A stretch of DNA of 64,000 nt, from assembly GCA_943355025.1 (NCBI GenBank), contig CALRDW010000002.1, positions 7,252 to 71,251 on the forward strand, read 5' to 3'. The notes beneath the pieces are model-generated. The model was not told the DNA's origin, did no database searches, and saw only the letters and a list, made by a program, of their open reading frames with translations. Positions 49,915-59,672 of the stretch are shown piece after piece (positions within the stretch are counted from its first letter, which is position 1; the number at the start of each line of letters is the position of its first letter). The DNA comes from Candidatus Magasanikiibacteriota bacterium (GTDB taxonomy: Bacteria; Patescibacteriota; Patescibacteriia; Magasanikbacterales; 2-02-FULL-50-9b). A program made the translations under genes and the position numbers.

Positions 49915-50286
49915 ATGGTACAGCATCGTTCAATGCTAAAGGTTGCAGATAACTCAGGGGCTAAAAAGTTCTATGTTATTCGCGTACTCGGCGGCTACAA
50001 AAAACACTACGCAACTATCGGCGACCTCGTCGTGTGCAGTGTGAAAGAAGCGGAACCGCACGGGCAGGTTAAGAAAGGTGACGTGGTAACCTGCGTTATC
50101 GTTCGCCAGTGCAAAGAAACACGCCGTACTGATGGAACGTATATTCGTTTTGACGAGAATGCAGCGGTGATTATCGATAAGAAAACAAAAGAACCGAAAG
50201 GCACACGTATCTTTGGTCCAGTTGCACGTGAACTTCGTAACCTTGGTTACCAAAAGATCGTGTCGTTAGCCCCTGAAGTACTCTAA
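49915..50286 (+). CDS. rplN: 50S ribosomal protein L14
   Basis: [25 protein letters not shown]. Confidence 0.99.
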   Translation: MVQHRSMLKVADNSGAKKFYVIRVLGGYKKHYATIGDLVVCSVKEAEPHGQVKKGDVVTCVIVRQCKETRRTDGTYIRFDENAAVIIDKKTKEPKGTRIFGPVARELRNLGYQKIVSLAPEVL

Positions 50287-50287
50287 T

Positions 50288-50602
50288 ATGGCAAACTATA
50301 AGATTAAAACCGGAGACACTGTGAAAGTCATGGCCGGCAAAGATAAGGGCAAGATCGGTAAAGTACTTCAGATTTTTAGTGAAACCAACCGCATTGTGGT
50401 TGAGGGCGCGAACATCATGAAAAAGCACGTAAAGGCAAAAGGTTCTGATCAGAAGGGTCAGATTATCCAGCTCTCAGCGCCGATGCACGTATCAAACGTG
50501 ATGATCGTTGATCCATCAAACAGCAAACCGACACGCGTCCGCTACGAAACGCGAGACGGCAAAAAAGTTCGTGTCGCTAAGAAATCAGGAACTGTCATCT
50601 AA
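50288..50602 (+). CDS. rplX: 50S ribosomal protein L24
   Basis: GDTVKVMAGKDKGK, HVSNV. Confidence 0.98.
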   Translation: MANYKIKTGDTVKVMAGKDKGKIGKVLQIFSETNRIVVEGANIMKKHVKAKGSDQKGQIIQLSAPMHVSNVMIVDPSNSKPTRVRYETRDGKKVRVAKKSGTVI

Positions 50603-50603
50603 T

Positions 50604-51152
50604 ATGAAGGGACTTCAAGAAATCTATCGCACAGACATCGCTCCAAAGCTCGGTAAAGAGCTGAAGATCGATAATATCATGGCCATTCCAAAAGTGGTCA
50701 AGGTTGTTGTCTCTGTTGGTGTCGGTAAAATCGGCAAGGACAGTAAAATGATTGAGGCTGTTGAGAACACACTTACGCGTATTACTGGTCAAAAGCCGGC
50801 ATCAACGCGTTCGCGTGTCTCAATCTCGAACTTCAAACTTCGTGAAGGTCAAGTTGTTGGCTACAAAGTTACGCTTCGTGGCGCAAAGATGTGGGACTTT
50901 CTTCAGAAATTAACCACAATTACTTTCGCACGTGTGCGTGATTTCCGCGGCATTTCAGTCAAGCATATTGATAACAACGGTAATTTGTCGATTGGTTTCA
51001 AGGAACAGCTTTCGTTCCCTGAGATTCGTAACGACGAACTCGACAATGTGCACGGCCTCGAAGTAACGATTCATTCAACAGCGGGAACTCGTCAGAACGG
51101 TGAGGCGCTTTATCGCGCGCTCGGATTCCCATTTAAAGAAGGTGTAAAATAA
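50604..51152 (+). CDS. rplE: 50S ribosomal protein L5
   Basis: ITGQKP, FKLREG, RVRDFRG, LGFPF. Confidence 0.98.
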   Translation: MKGLQEIYRTDIAPKLGKELKIDNIMAIPKVVKVVVSVGVGKIGKDSKMIEAVENTLTRITGQKPASTRSRVSISNFKLREGQVVGYKVTLRGAKMWDFLQKLTTITFARVRDFRGISVKHIDNNGNLSIGFKEQLSFPEIRNDELDNVHGLEVTIHSTAGTRQNGEALYRALGFPFKEGVK

Positions 51153-51157
51153 ACGCT

Positions 51158-51343
51158 ATGGCAACTGAGGCAATGATCGCAAAAGCAAAGATGAAGCCAA
51201 AGTTCTCGAGTCGTAAAGTGAACCGCTGCTTTCGCTGCGGCCGCAAACACGGCTACATTAGAATGTTTAATTTGTGCCGTATTTGTTTCCGTGAACTCGC
51301 GAACCGCGGCGAGATCCCGGGTGTTCGCAAATCAAGCTGGTAA
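51158..51343 (+). CDS. rpsZ: 30S ribosomal protein S14 type Z (zinc-binding)
   Basis: 61 aa, RCFRCGR...LCRICFR...KSSW. Confidence 0.97.
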   Translation: MATEAMIAKAKMKPKFSSRKVNRCFRCGRKHGYIRMFNLCRICFRELANRGEIPGVRKSSW

Positions 51344-51348
51344 ACGCT

Positions 51349-51744
51349 ATGCATACAGATCCAATCGCAGACATGCTCACACGAATCCGTAATGGATACA
51401 TGGCCCGTAAACACGAGGTTTCCATGCCATTCTCCAAAGCGAAATTCGCAATTGCCGGAATCCTTTCCGAGGAAGGTTTTATATCCTCACTTGAAAAGGT
51501 TGAAGGCAAGAACGGATTCCCAGAACTTAAAATTCGCTTAAAATATGCAGGCGGCCGACCGGCTGTAACAAATGTAAAGCGTGTTTCATCCCCAGGTCTT
51601 CGTGTATATAAAAAGCACGACGAACTCAGACCCGTACAAAGCGGTTATGGTATCGCAATCATCTCAACACCACAGGGTGTGATGACCAACAAAAAAGCAC
51701 GAAAGCTTGGTGTTGGTGGCGAACTCGTTTGTACAGTTTGGTAA
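51349..51744 (+). CDS. rpsH: 30S ribosomal protein S8
   Basis: DPIADMLTRIRN, SSPGLRVY, GGELVC. Confidence 0.98.
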   Translation: MHTDPIADMLTRIRNGYMARKHEVSMPFSKAKFAIAGILSEEGFISSLEKVEGKNGFPELKIRLKYAGGRPAVTNVKRVSSPGLRVYKKHDELRPVQSGYGIAIISTPQGVMTNKKARKLGVGGELVCTVW

Positions 51745-51755
51745 TATTAGCCCAT

Positions 51756-52301
51756 ATGTCACGTATCGGTAAAAAAACAATTCAAATTCCAAGCGACGTT
51801 GATGTAAAAATCAATGGTCAGCACGTTGCGGTTAAGGGCCCGAAAGGCGCACTTTCGCTCGATCTTCATCCGCATGTAACTGCAACAAAAACTGATGCAG
51901 GCATCATGGTTACGGTTGCAGATGAAACCGTAAAGAAGGACCGTTCACTCTGGGGTTTGTCAGCAACTTTGATCAATAATATGATCATTGGCGTGACGAA
52001 GGGCTATGCAAAGAAGCTCGAGCTCGTGGGTGTTGGATATCGCGTTTCTATGCAGGGACCAGACCTCAAAATTGAGGTTGGTTACTCACATCCAGTTATC
52101 TTTCCACTTCCTGCAGGAATTGCAGCGCTTGCGGATAAGACATTTATCACAATTTCAGGTATTGATAAGCAAGCAGTTGGCGAGGTTTCGGCGCAGATTC
52201 GTCGGCTTCGTCCGCCAGAGCCTTATAAAGGTAAGGGTATTAAGTATGAGGGCGAACAGATTCGTCGCAAGGCTGGTAAGGCAGCTAAATCTGCGAAGTA
52301 A
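51756..52301 (+). CDS. rplF: 50S ribosomal protein L6
   Basis: MSRIGK, GYSHP, PEPYKGKG. Confidence 0.98.
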   Translation: MSRIGKKTIQIPSDVDVKINGQHVAVKGPKGALSLDLHPHVTATKTDAGIMVTVADETVKKDRSLWGLSATLINNMIIGVTKGYAKKLELVGVGYRVSMQGPDLKIEVGYSHPVIFPLPAGIAALADKTFITISGIDKQAVGEVSAQIRRLRPPEPYKGKGIKYEGEQIRRKAGKAAKSAK

Positions 52302-52307
52302 ACCACT

Positions 52308-52676
52308 ATGAAACAGACAGCATCCTACAAACGAGAACGTCGCGTGCGCCGCCACACAAAAATTCGCGCGCGTATAACTGGCACAGAAGAGCGTCCGCGC
52401 TTATCCGTGTATCGTTCGCTTTCTCAAATTAGCGCTCAAATTATCGATGATGCAACCGGTAAAACACTGGTTTCCGTTGCAACAGCAGATTTGAAGGGCG
52501 ACGCTGGAGAGCGTAAGGGCAAAGTTGCTCAGAGTTTTCTCGGTGGCAAACAGATTGCAGAGCTTGCAAAAGCTAAAAAAATTAGCGCGGTCGTTTTTGA
52601 CCGAGGCGGTTTTCGTTTCCATGGCCGTGTTCGTGCCTTTGCTGAAGGTGCGCGCGAAGGTGGTCTTGTATTTTAA
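52308..52676 (+). CDS. rplR: 50S ribosomal protein L18
   Basis: RPRLSVYRS, VFDRGG, AREGGL. Confidence 0.98.
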   Translation: MKQTASYKRERRVRRHTKIRARITGTEERPRLSVYRSLSQISAQIIDDATGKTLVSVATADLKGDAGERKGKVAQSFLGGKQIAELAKAKKISAVVFDRGGFRFHGRVRAFAEGAREGGLVF

Positions 52677-52681
52677 TTCGT

Positions 52682-53389
52682 ATGCCGGAAGATAAGCAGT
52701 TAGAAAACCAAGCAGAAGGTACAGAAACGAGCGTTACCGCTTCGCCTGAAGATGCAGCTCCAGCAGCACAGGTTGAAATTATGGTACGCGGATCTTTGCC
52801 AGAAGAAGGAAAGGGTGGAACTGGTGGGCAACAGCGCGGTGGCCGAGGTGGAGGCGGACGCGGTGGTGCTGGTGGTGCGGGGGGTAGAGGCGGACGTCGC
52901 GATGATCGTGGTGGCCGTGATCGAGAGCCAAGCGAATTTAATCAGGTAACACTTGACCTTGCGCGCGTTACGCGTGTGACAAAGGGTGGTAAGCGTATGC
53001 GTTTCCGCGCAACAGTTGTTGTTGGTGACGGCAAAGGACGTGTTGGTTTTGGAACAAGTAAGGGCGTTGATGTACAAGCATCAGTCATGAAAGCGACGAA
53101 CCAGGCAAAAAAACATCTGATCACCGTTCCGATGGTTGATGAAACCATTCCACACACCGTTCGTTTTAAATCTGGTGCTGCTGACGTGCTTATCATGCCA
53201 GCTCCACGAGGTTCTGGTATTATCGCAGGTGGCCCAGTACGCGTTGTATTGCAGCTCGCCGGTGTTCCGAATGCCTCATCCAAAATTTTGGGTGCAAATA
53301 ATAAAATCAATAATGTTCGTGCTGCGGTTTCTGCGCTTGCACAGCTCAAGCCTGTCCGAGTACGCACACCAAAGCCAATCGCTGAATAA
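52682..53389 (+). CDS. rpsE: 30S ribosomal protein S5
   Basis: RVTRVTKGG, VVGDGKG, GIIAGG; acidic plus RGG-rich N-terminal extension. Confidence 0.98.
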   Translation: MPEDKQLENQAEGTETSVTASPEDAAPAAQVEIMVRGSLPEEGKGGTGGQQRGGRGGGGRGGAGGAGGRGGRRDDRGGRDREPSEFNQVTLDLARVTRVTKGGKRMRFRATVVVGDGKGRVGFGTSKGVDVQASVMKATNQAKKHLITVPMVDETIPHTVRFKSGAADVLIMPAPRGSGIIAGGPVRVVLQLAGVPNASSKILGANNKINNVRAAVSALAQLKPVRVRTPKPIAE

Positions 53390-53394
53390 TTCCT

Positions 53395-53838
53395 ATGTTA
53401 CAAGCGCATACAATCAAAGCTAATCACGGTGCACGCAAGAAAGCGGGAGTCGTTGGTCGTGGCGCAAGTTCGGGTTGGGGTACAACAGCGGGCCGCGGTA
53501 CAAAGGGTCAAAAGGCACGTTCTGGTGGTAGCCATCGTTTGACATTTAAGGGCAGTAAAGCTCTTATTCAGAGCATGCCAAAGCTGCGTGGTTTCAAGTC
53601 AATGCATAAAAAGCCAGTGACAATCACACTTGTACAATTGCAGAAGAATTTTGAGGATGGTACAATCGTGACACACGAGGGCTTGATAAAGGCAGGACTC
53701 GTTGTAAACGCAAAGCGCGCTGCTAAAATTATTGGCAACACGAAGGTTGAAAAGAAATTTACAGTTAAGGATTTGCCAGTGTCAGCGGGTGCGCAAAAAG
53801 CGATCGAGGCAGCTGGTGGCAGTATCGACAACAAATAA
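53395..53838 (+). CDS. rplO: 50S ribosomal protein L15
   Basis: GRGTKGQKARSG, IEAAGG. Confidence 0.97.
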   Translation: MLQAHTIKANHGARKKAGVVGRGASSGWGTTAGRGTKGQKARSGGSHRLTFKGSKALIQSMPKLRGFKSMHKKPVTITLVQLQKNFEDGTIVTHEGLIKAGLVVNAKRAAKIIGNTKVEKKFTVKDLPVSAGAQKAIEAAGGSIDNK

Positions 53839-53847
53839 TCTTCTCGT

Positions 53848-55122
53848 ATGTGGGAACGCTTAAAGCAAGTCTGGAGCATCCATGATCTCCGGAAGAGCCT
53901 GTTATTTATCGTTTTTGTTTTGGTCCTTGACCGCGTTGCGGCGCATATTCCAATTCCTGGAATTAATGCAGAGGCGCTCCGTGCGTTCGTAGGTCAAAAT
54001 CAAATCGTTGGTCTGCTTAACGTATTTTCGGGTGGCACACTCCAGAGTTTTTCAGTTATTATGATGGGTGTTGGTCCGTATATTACGGCATCCATTATTT
54101 TTCAGTTGCTCGGCATGATTGTTCCTTCAATTGAAGAGCTTCAAAAAGAAGGGGAGCAGGGGCAGCAGCGCATTAATCAGTGGACACGTCTTGCTACTGT
54201 GCCACTCGCGCTTCTTCAATCATTTGGCATGATCAATTTGCTCCGTCAATCGCAAGCAAATATTTTCATAAATCTAACGCCGTTCAAACTCATTACGATC
54301 ATGGTCACGGTAACTGCCGGTACCATGTTTTTGGTGTGGCTTGGTGAACTTATTTCAGAAAGGCATGTAGGAAATGGTATCTCGATCCTCATCTTTGCCG
54401 GTATTATTAGCGCGCTTCCAACGGCAATCGAACGAATGATTGCAACGTTTGATCAGTCACAGCTTGTTAATCTGATCGCGTTTGTCGGACTCGCAATCGT
54501 GACCATTATCGGTGTTGTGTTTATTTCCCAAGGCCAGCGCATTATTCCGATTCAGTATGCACGACAAATGCGTGGCAGTCGTATGTATGGTGGTGTTTCA
54601 ACACATCTTCCAATCCGCGTAAATATGGCCGGCGTTATCCCAATCATTTTTGCGATTTCTCTCGTTTTGTTTCCGCCTCTTATTGCTCAATTCTTCATCA
54701 AGGCGCATACAGCCTGGGTTGCGAGTGCAGCGCAACATGTGATTACGTTTTTTAGCGATCGGCTGATCTACGGGATTCTATATTTTTGTTTGGTGTTTGG
54801 TTTTACATTCTTCTATACATCAATTGTGTTTCAGCCGGAAAAAGTTGCTGAAAATCTTCAGAAGCAAGGTGGTTTTGTTCCGGGTATTCGTCCTGGAACA
54901 GCAACCGCTGAGTATCTTTCGCGTGTAACAAACCGTGTCATGCTCGCAGGTGCGTTGTTTCTTGCAATTATCGCTGTACTTCCACTCATCGTTCAAGAGT
55001 TCATGGGTACCCGAACTCTTCTTATCGGCGGCACAAGTCTTCTCATCGTTGTATCCGTTGTTATTGAAACAATGAATAAAATCGAGTCGCAAATCACTAT
55101 GCGCGAATACGATAAGTTGTAA
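53848..55122 (+). CDS. secY: preprotein translocase subunit SecY
   Basis: PYITASII, GNGISILI, AGVIPIIFA, PGIRPG, GGTSLLI. Confidence 0.99.
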   Translation: MWERLKQVWSIHDLRKSLLFIVFVLVLDRVAAHIPIPGINAEALRAFVGQNQIVGLLNVFSGGTLQSFSVIMMGVGPYITASIIFQLLGMIVPSIEELQKEGEQGQQRINQWTRLATVPLALLQSFGMINLLRQSQANIFINLTPFKLITIMVTVTAGTMFLVWLGELISERHVGNGISILIFAGIISALPTAIERMIATFDQSQLVNLIAFVGLAIVTIIGVVFISQGQRIIPIQYARQMRGSRMYGGVSTHLPIRVNMAGVIPIIFAISLVLFPPLIAQFFIKAHTAWVASAAQHVITFFSDRLIYGILYFCLVFGFTFFYTSIVFQPEKVAENLQKQGGFVPGIRPGTATAEYLSRVTNRVMLAGALFLAIIAVLPLIVQEFMGTRTLLIGGTSLLIVVSVVIETMNKIESQITMREYDKL

Positions 55123-55128
55123 TTTTTT

Positions 55129-55767
55129 ATGCCAGACATCGGGGAGCATCGCCTGATTTTAATTGGACCACAAGGTTCAGGCAAAGGTACACAAGGTGAA
55201 CTTTTGCAGGTGTATTTGCAAATACCGACGATTTCAACAGGTCAGCTCTGCCGCGCTGAAATTGAAAAGGGAACAGACATTGGAAAAAGTATTGAAGGAT
55301 TTGTGCATGATGGGGCATTGGTGCCTGATGCGATTGTCATTGCGCTTTTGAAGGAACGTATTCGTGAGTACGATGCTCAAGAAGGTTTTATTATTGATGG
55401 ATTTCCGCGCACAGTTGAACAGGCTCGTGATGCTGAGGGATGGCTCCATCCAACAAAAGTTATCGTGATTGAAATTAGTAAGAAACTCGCGATTGATCGC
55501 ATGTCCGCGCGTCGTGCATGCAGTCAGTGTCGATATAAAACAACTGCCAGTAATGTTGGACTGCATGGAAGTCAGTGTCCGCGCTGTCCCGGCAAACTTA
55601 TCCAGCGCGATGATGATCGTCCAGAAGCGATTCAAAAACGACTCGACATGTACAGCGCTGTGACCGAGCCCGTTGTCGAATATTACAAACAGACAGGCCT
55701 TGCGGAACGTTTCAACGGATCTCTTTCGATTCCGCTTGTGTTCATGGAAATCGCGCACGTGCTATAA
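55129..55767 (+). CDS. adk: adenylate kinase (zinc-LID type)
   Basis: GPQGSGKGTQ, DGFPR, CxxC...CxxC, QRDDD. Confidence 0.95.
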   Translation: MPDIGEHRLILIGPQGSGKGTQGELLQVYLQIPTISTGQLCRAEIEKGTDIGKSIEGFVHDGALVPDAIVIALLKERIREYDAQEGFIIDGFPRTVEQARDAEGWLHPTKVIVIEISKKLAIDRMSARRACSQCRYKTTASNVGLHGSQCPRCPGKLIQRDDDRPEAIQKRLDMYSAVTEPVVEYYKQTGLAERFNGSLSIPLVFMEIAHVL

Positions 55768-55775
55768 TTAATTAC

Positions 55776-56588
55776 ATGCGCAAAACATTTATAAAAACTC
55801 CTGAGGCTTTGGTTGCAATCCGCGAAGGCGGAAAAATTCTTGGTGAAATTTTAGAGCGCGTTGCGGCACTCGTACGTGTCGGCGCAACAACTCTGGAACT
55901 TGATCAAGCTGCCGAAAAATTTATTCGTGAATGTGGTGGCCGCCCAGCTTTTTTAGCATATCAAATTTCACCGCGCTATCCCGCTTACCCTGCATCGCTG
56001 TGTGTTTCAGTGAACGACGAGGTTGTCCACGGAATTCCAAAAGAATCCGTGGTTCTTCGCGATGGGGATATCGTTGGTCTTGATATTGGTATGGAATGGC
56101 CTTACAAAAAAGGTGGTGTTGCGGGTTTTTATACGGACACAGCATTAACGGTTGGTGTGGGAGAGGTTTCATCATCAAATAAAGCGCTTATGACACGGAC
56201 GCATGACTCCCTTTTCACTGGGATTGCTGCAGCGCGCGCGGGTAGCGAAATTCGCGATATAAGTCGTGCTGTTGAAAATGCGCTTCGTCCATTTGGTTAT
56301 GGAATTGTTCGGGATCTTGTTGGACACGGTGTTGGATACGCAGTTCACGAAGATCCGCAGGTTCCAAATTTTTTCGATCGAAATTCTCCGCGCGTTCCTC
56401 TTGAAGCAGGAATGGTTCTTGCGCTTGAACCAATGGTAAATCTTGGGCACGCCGATGTTTATACGGAGCGCGATGGCTGGACAATCAAAACGGAAGATGG
56501 TTCGCGGTCGGCACATTTTGAACACACAATAATTATTACCGAGCAGGGTGCAGAAATAGTTACGCTGCGTCCACAGGAATTATCGTAG
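55776..56588 (+). CDS. map: methionine aminopeptidase type I
   Basis: VVHGIP, GHGVG..VHEDP, LEPM, SAHFEHT. Confidence 0.97.
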   Translation: MRKTFIKTPEALVAIREGGKILGEILERVAALVRVGATTLELDQAAEKFIRECGGRPAFLAYQISPRYPAYPASLCVSVNDEVVHGIPKESVVLRDGDIVGLDIGMEWPYKKGGVAGFYTDTALTVGVGEVSSSNKALMTRTHDSLFTGIAAARAGSEIRDISRAVENALRPFGYGIVRDLVGHGVGYAVHEDPQVPNFFDRNSPRVPLEAGMVLALEPMVNLGHADVYTERDGWTIKTEDGSRSAHFEHTIIITEQGAEIVTLRPQELS

Positions 56589-56593
56589 TTTTT

Positions 56594-56998
56594 ATGCCTA
56601 TTTTAGGTTTTGATTTTGGATCTAAGCGTATCGGAGTTGCAATTGTACCAGACGACATGAATTTTGCGCTCCCTCTTTTAACGATTGATGGCACAGTCGA
56701 AGAACAATGGCGCAAAATTGATGAGTTAATAAAAAAACAATCACCACGCTCAATCGTTGTTGGCTTACCATACACGATGTCAGGTGCCGAAGGAGAGCAG
56801 GCGGATGCAGCACGGGCTTTTTCAAATCAATTGTTTGAGCGATATAATATCCCTGTTAATTTGGTTGATGAACGATTATCATCGGTCGAAGCAGCACGTG
56901 CCGGCGCGGTCGATATTGATGCGTCGTCAGCTGCAATTATTTTAGATACGTTTATTACAAAAAATGTTAAGCCCGGCGACGATCTGTTCGATTTATAA
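56594..56998 (+). CDS. ruvX: YqgF/RuvX pre-16S rRNA nuclease
   Basis: GFDFGSKRIGVA, VVGLP, DERLSS, DASSAAIIL. Confidence 0.93.
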   Translation: MPILGFDFGSKRIGVAIVPDDMNFALPLLTIDGTVEEQWRKIDELIKKQSPRSIVVGLPYTMSGAEGEQADAARAFSNQLFERYNIPVNLVDERLSSVEAARAGAVDIDASSAAIILDTFITKNVKPGDDLFDL

Positions 56999-57010
56999 TC
57001 GTGTACTGGT

Positions 57011-57652
57011 GTGCCTCAAACAATAACAGATCGGGCAATTGTTTTATATCGTGAGCAGTGGCGCGAATCCGACAAGCGCGTTATTTTTTATACGGAGCAT
57101 CATGGAAAACGGAGCGCTGTTGCTATTGGCGCAGCTAAAATTCGAAGCAAACTCGCGGGCCATTTAGAACCGTTGCGTTCAACGCGTGTAATGATAGCGT
57201 CTGGAAAACAGACCGATAAAATTGCGCAAGCACTCACGATCGAATCGTTTGTTCCGGATCCGTTTGATGCTCAGCGGATAGTATATCTTGGAGCTGTAAC
57301 TCGATTTATTTCGCGCGCAGTCGAATCAAATGCACCGGACGAAGAATTGTTTGGTCTTTTGTATAGTGCACTCGTGGATATTTCAGGCGCTTCTTTTTCA
57401 GAGCCTGGTGCCGTTGATGGTATTTTTGGTGCGCATCTGTTTGCGCTCGCAACACATGTTGGATATGCGCCAGAGTTTATGCAGTGCGTTGTTTGTAGCC
57501 GCGGGGAAGAATTGATAAAATTTTCTCCTAGTCAAGGTGGCGTTGTTTGTCGAACATGCGTTGTTCCGGGCGTAAGCATGGTTTATGAACCAGCGCCGGA
57601 GAAGGCGCACACATTTGTATTTGAACATTTGCGCTGGAGGGGGCTTATTTAA
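57011..57652 (+). CDS. recO: DNA repair protein RecO
   Basis: AIVL...ESD...YTEHHGK...AIGA.KIRSKL; GYAP..CxxC...GGVVCxxC. Confidence 0.88.
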   Translation: MPQTITDRAIVLYREQWRESDKRVIFYTEHHGKRSAVAIGAAKIRSKLAGHLEPLRSTRVMIASGKQTDKIAQALTIESFVPDPFDAQRIVYLGAVTRFISRAVESNAPDEELFGLLYSALVDISGASFSEPGAVDGIFGAHLFALATHVGYAPEFMQCVVCSRGEELIKFSPSQGGVVCRTCVVPGVSMVYEPAPEKAHTFVFEHLRWRGLI

Positions 57653-57667
57653 TTTACGCTTTGAGAT

Positions 57668-58270
57668 TTACTTTCCCTTCGGAGTTCCAAGCAATTTCAT
57701 TTTTGTAAAATGAGAAACAATGTGGCTGAGAAGCAATACAACTATGATGCCACCGAGCAAAAATAGTTCAACGTAGTGCAATGATTTTCCCACGAATTGA
57801 AGTGATTGCCACGAAGCATATGAGGCGAGCGTGATTACAGAAATCCAAACCGCAGAAGTGATGAGATTGATTTTTAAAAGTTTTCGAAAGGGAATATGGA
57901 TCATGCCCGAGCGAATAAGAACAGCGCGATGAAATCCATACGTAAATTTAGAAATCATATATACCGCAAGCGACAAGCTATGGAGCCGATCATCCATGGG
58001 TGATGTTAAGCCTCCATAAAATTTCGCGAGGCGCGGAAAAAATTTGTGACCATGTTTTCCAATTTGATATGAAATAAAATCTGTCGCAACAACACTACCT
58101 ATAATTACTGGAATTGAAATGTATGCTGAAAGCACCCCCTGAAAAACGAGGAACATCACGCCGTATATAACCGCCTCACCTTCGAAAAAAATAGCGACTG
58201 CGATTAGTGGGTAGATTGCCGGCCCGAACGTTGCAACATATTCGAGCAATTGTGCGTGTCGGTAGACCAT
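57668..58270 (-). CDS. DedA/VTT-family membrane protein
   Basis: FFEGE, D..SYQIG, SKFTYGF, TM helices. Confidence 0.75.
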   Translation of the reverse strand: MVYRHAQLLEYVATFGPAIYPLIAVAIFFEGEAVIYGVMFLVFQGVLSAYISIPVIIGSVVATDFISYQIGKHGHKFFPRLAKFYGGLTSPMDDRLHSLSLAVYMISKFTYGFHRAVLIRSGMIHIPFRKLLKINLITSAVWISVITLASYASWQSLQFVGKSLHYVELFLLGGIIVVLLLSHIVSHFTKMKLLGTPKGK

Positions 58271-58380
58271 AAGTATGATTCGTTCTAGTATAGCGCATAT
58301 TTGTTAGGGCGTGAAGACCATGTTTGTTGTCAACTGAGCGGTTATCCGCTATACTGGGGCTACCTATTAATTTCTATAGT

Positions 58381-59670
58381 ATGGTTGATATTGCAGTACT
58401 TAAGCCAAAAATTGGCGAAACTCTTGAGCTCACTGGGTGGGTGTTTAATTTCCGTTCGTCGGGCAGTATTTATTTTTTGCAGCTACGAGATGGCACAGGG
58501 CGAATCCAGATTGTGTTCTCGAAGAGTGAGGTTGACGACGCAACATGGGAAGCATTGCAATCAATAACAATGGAAACCTCTGTTGTCGTATCCGGTCTCG
58601 TTAAGGCAGAACCGCGTGCTCCGTCTGGTATTGAAATGCAGGGCGTATCGTGTCGCATTCTTTCACTAGCGGGGGAGTATCCAATTTCAAAAAAAGAACA
58701 CGGGATTGAATTTTTGATGGATAATCGTCACTTATGGTTGCGGTCAGTTCGTCAAGAAGCAATTATGCGTATACGAAGTGAGATAGAATTTGCACTGCGC
58801 GAATTTTTTTATGTGCGTAACTTTATTTTGACGGATTCTCCAGAATTCACGCCGAATGCATGCGAAGGAACAACAGATTTGTTTGAGGTGAAATATTTTG
58901 ATGATGTTGCGTATTTATCGCAGTCTGGTCAATTATACCTTGAGGCAACATCATCAGCACTCAAACGAACATATTGTTTTGGCCCAACGTTCCGCAGCGA
59001 AAAATCAAAAACACGTCGACATCTTACAGAGTTTTGGATGCTTGAGGCTGAAGCAAGCTTCATGAATCAGGCAGAAAATATGCAGCTTCAAGAAGAGATG
59101 TTATCTTTTGTTATATCGCGCGTTCTTGAGCGTCGCGATGATGATTTGAAAACATTGGAGCGAGATACAACGTTTCTGAAAAATGCAGCGGAAGGAAATT
59201 ATCCGCGTATTAAATATATTGATGCGATTAAGGAGTTACAAAAGTTGGGTTCTGATATTAAAGAAGGTGATGATCTTGGTGCTGACGATGAAACAATTTT
59301 GACAAAGCAATATGACCGTCCAATTTTCGTCACAGAGTATCCTGTTGAGATAAAATCATTTTATATGAAGCCGGATCCGGAAAATCCAAGTTATGTTTTG
59401 AATGCAGATATGTTAGCACCGGAAGGGTATGGTGAAATTATCGGCGGCTCAGAGCGTATTGATGATTTAAAATTGCTTGAGGAGCGGATTAAGCAACACA
59501 ATTTACCTGCTGAGGCATTTAGTTGGTATACCGATATCCGTCGGTATGGCAGTGTGCCGCACTCAGGTTTTGGTATTGGTCTCGAGAGAACCGTTTCATG
59601 GGTCTGCGGTCTTGAACACGTGCGCGAGTCCATCCCGTTTCCACGCCTTATTAATCGTTTATCACCGTAA
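58381..59670 (+). CDS. asnS: asparagine--tRNA ligase
   Basis: LRDGTG, RHLWLR, FRSEKSKTRRHLTEFWM, GEIIGGS, PHSGFGIGLER. Confidence 0.96.
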   Translation: MVDIAVLKPKIGETLELTGWVFNFRSSGSIYFLQLRDGTGRIQIVFSKSEVDDATWEALQSITMETSVVVSGLVKAEPRAPSGIEMQGVSCRILSLAGEYPISKKEHGIEFLMDNRHLWLRSVRQEAIMRIRSEIEFALREFFYVRNFILTDSPEFTPNACEGTTDLFEVKYFDDVAYLSQSGQLYLEATSSALKRTYCFGPTFRSEKSKTRRHLTEFWMLEAEASFMNQAENMQLQEEMLSFVISRVLERRDDDLKTLERDTTFLKNAAEGNYPRIKYIDAIKELQKLGSDIKEGDDLGADDETILTKQYDRPIFVTEYPVEIKSFYMKPDPENPSYVLNADMLAPEGYGEIIGGSERIDDLKLLEERIKQHNLPAEAFSWYTDIRRYGSVPHSGFGIGLERTVSWVCGLEHVRESIPFPRLINRLSP

Positions 59671-59672
59671 GT

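Noticed and set aside
52810-52925. G-rich quasi-repeat in rpsE
   Set aside because: It encodes a Gly/Arg low-complexity S5 extension, not a DNA repeat element.
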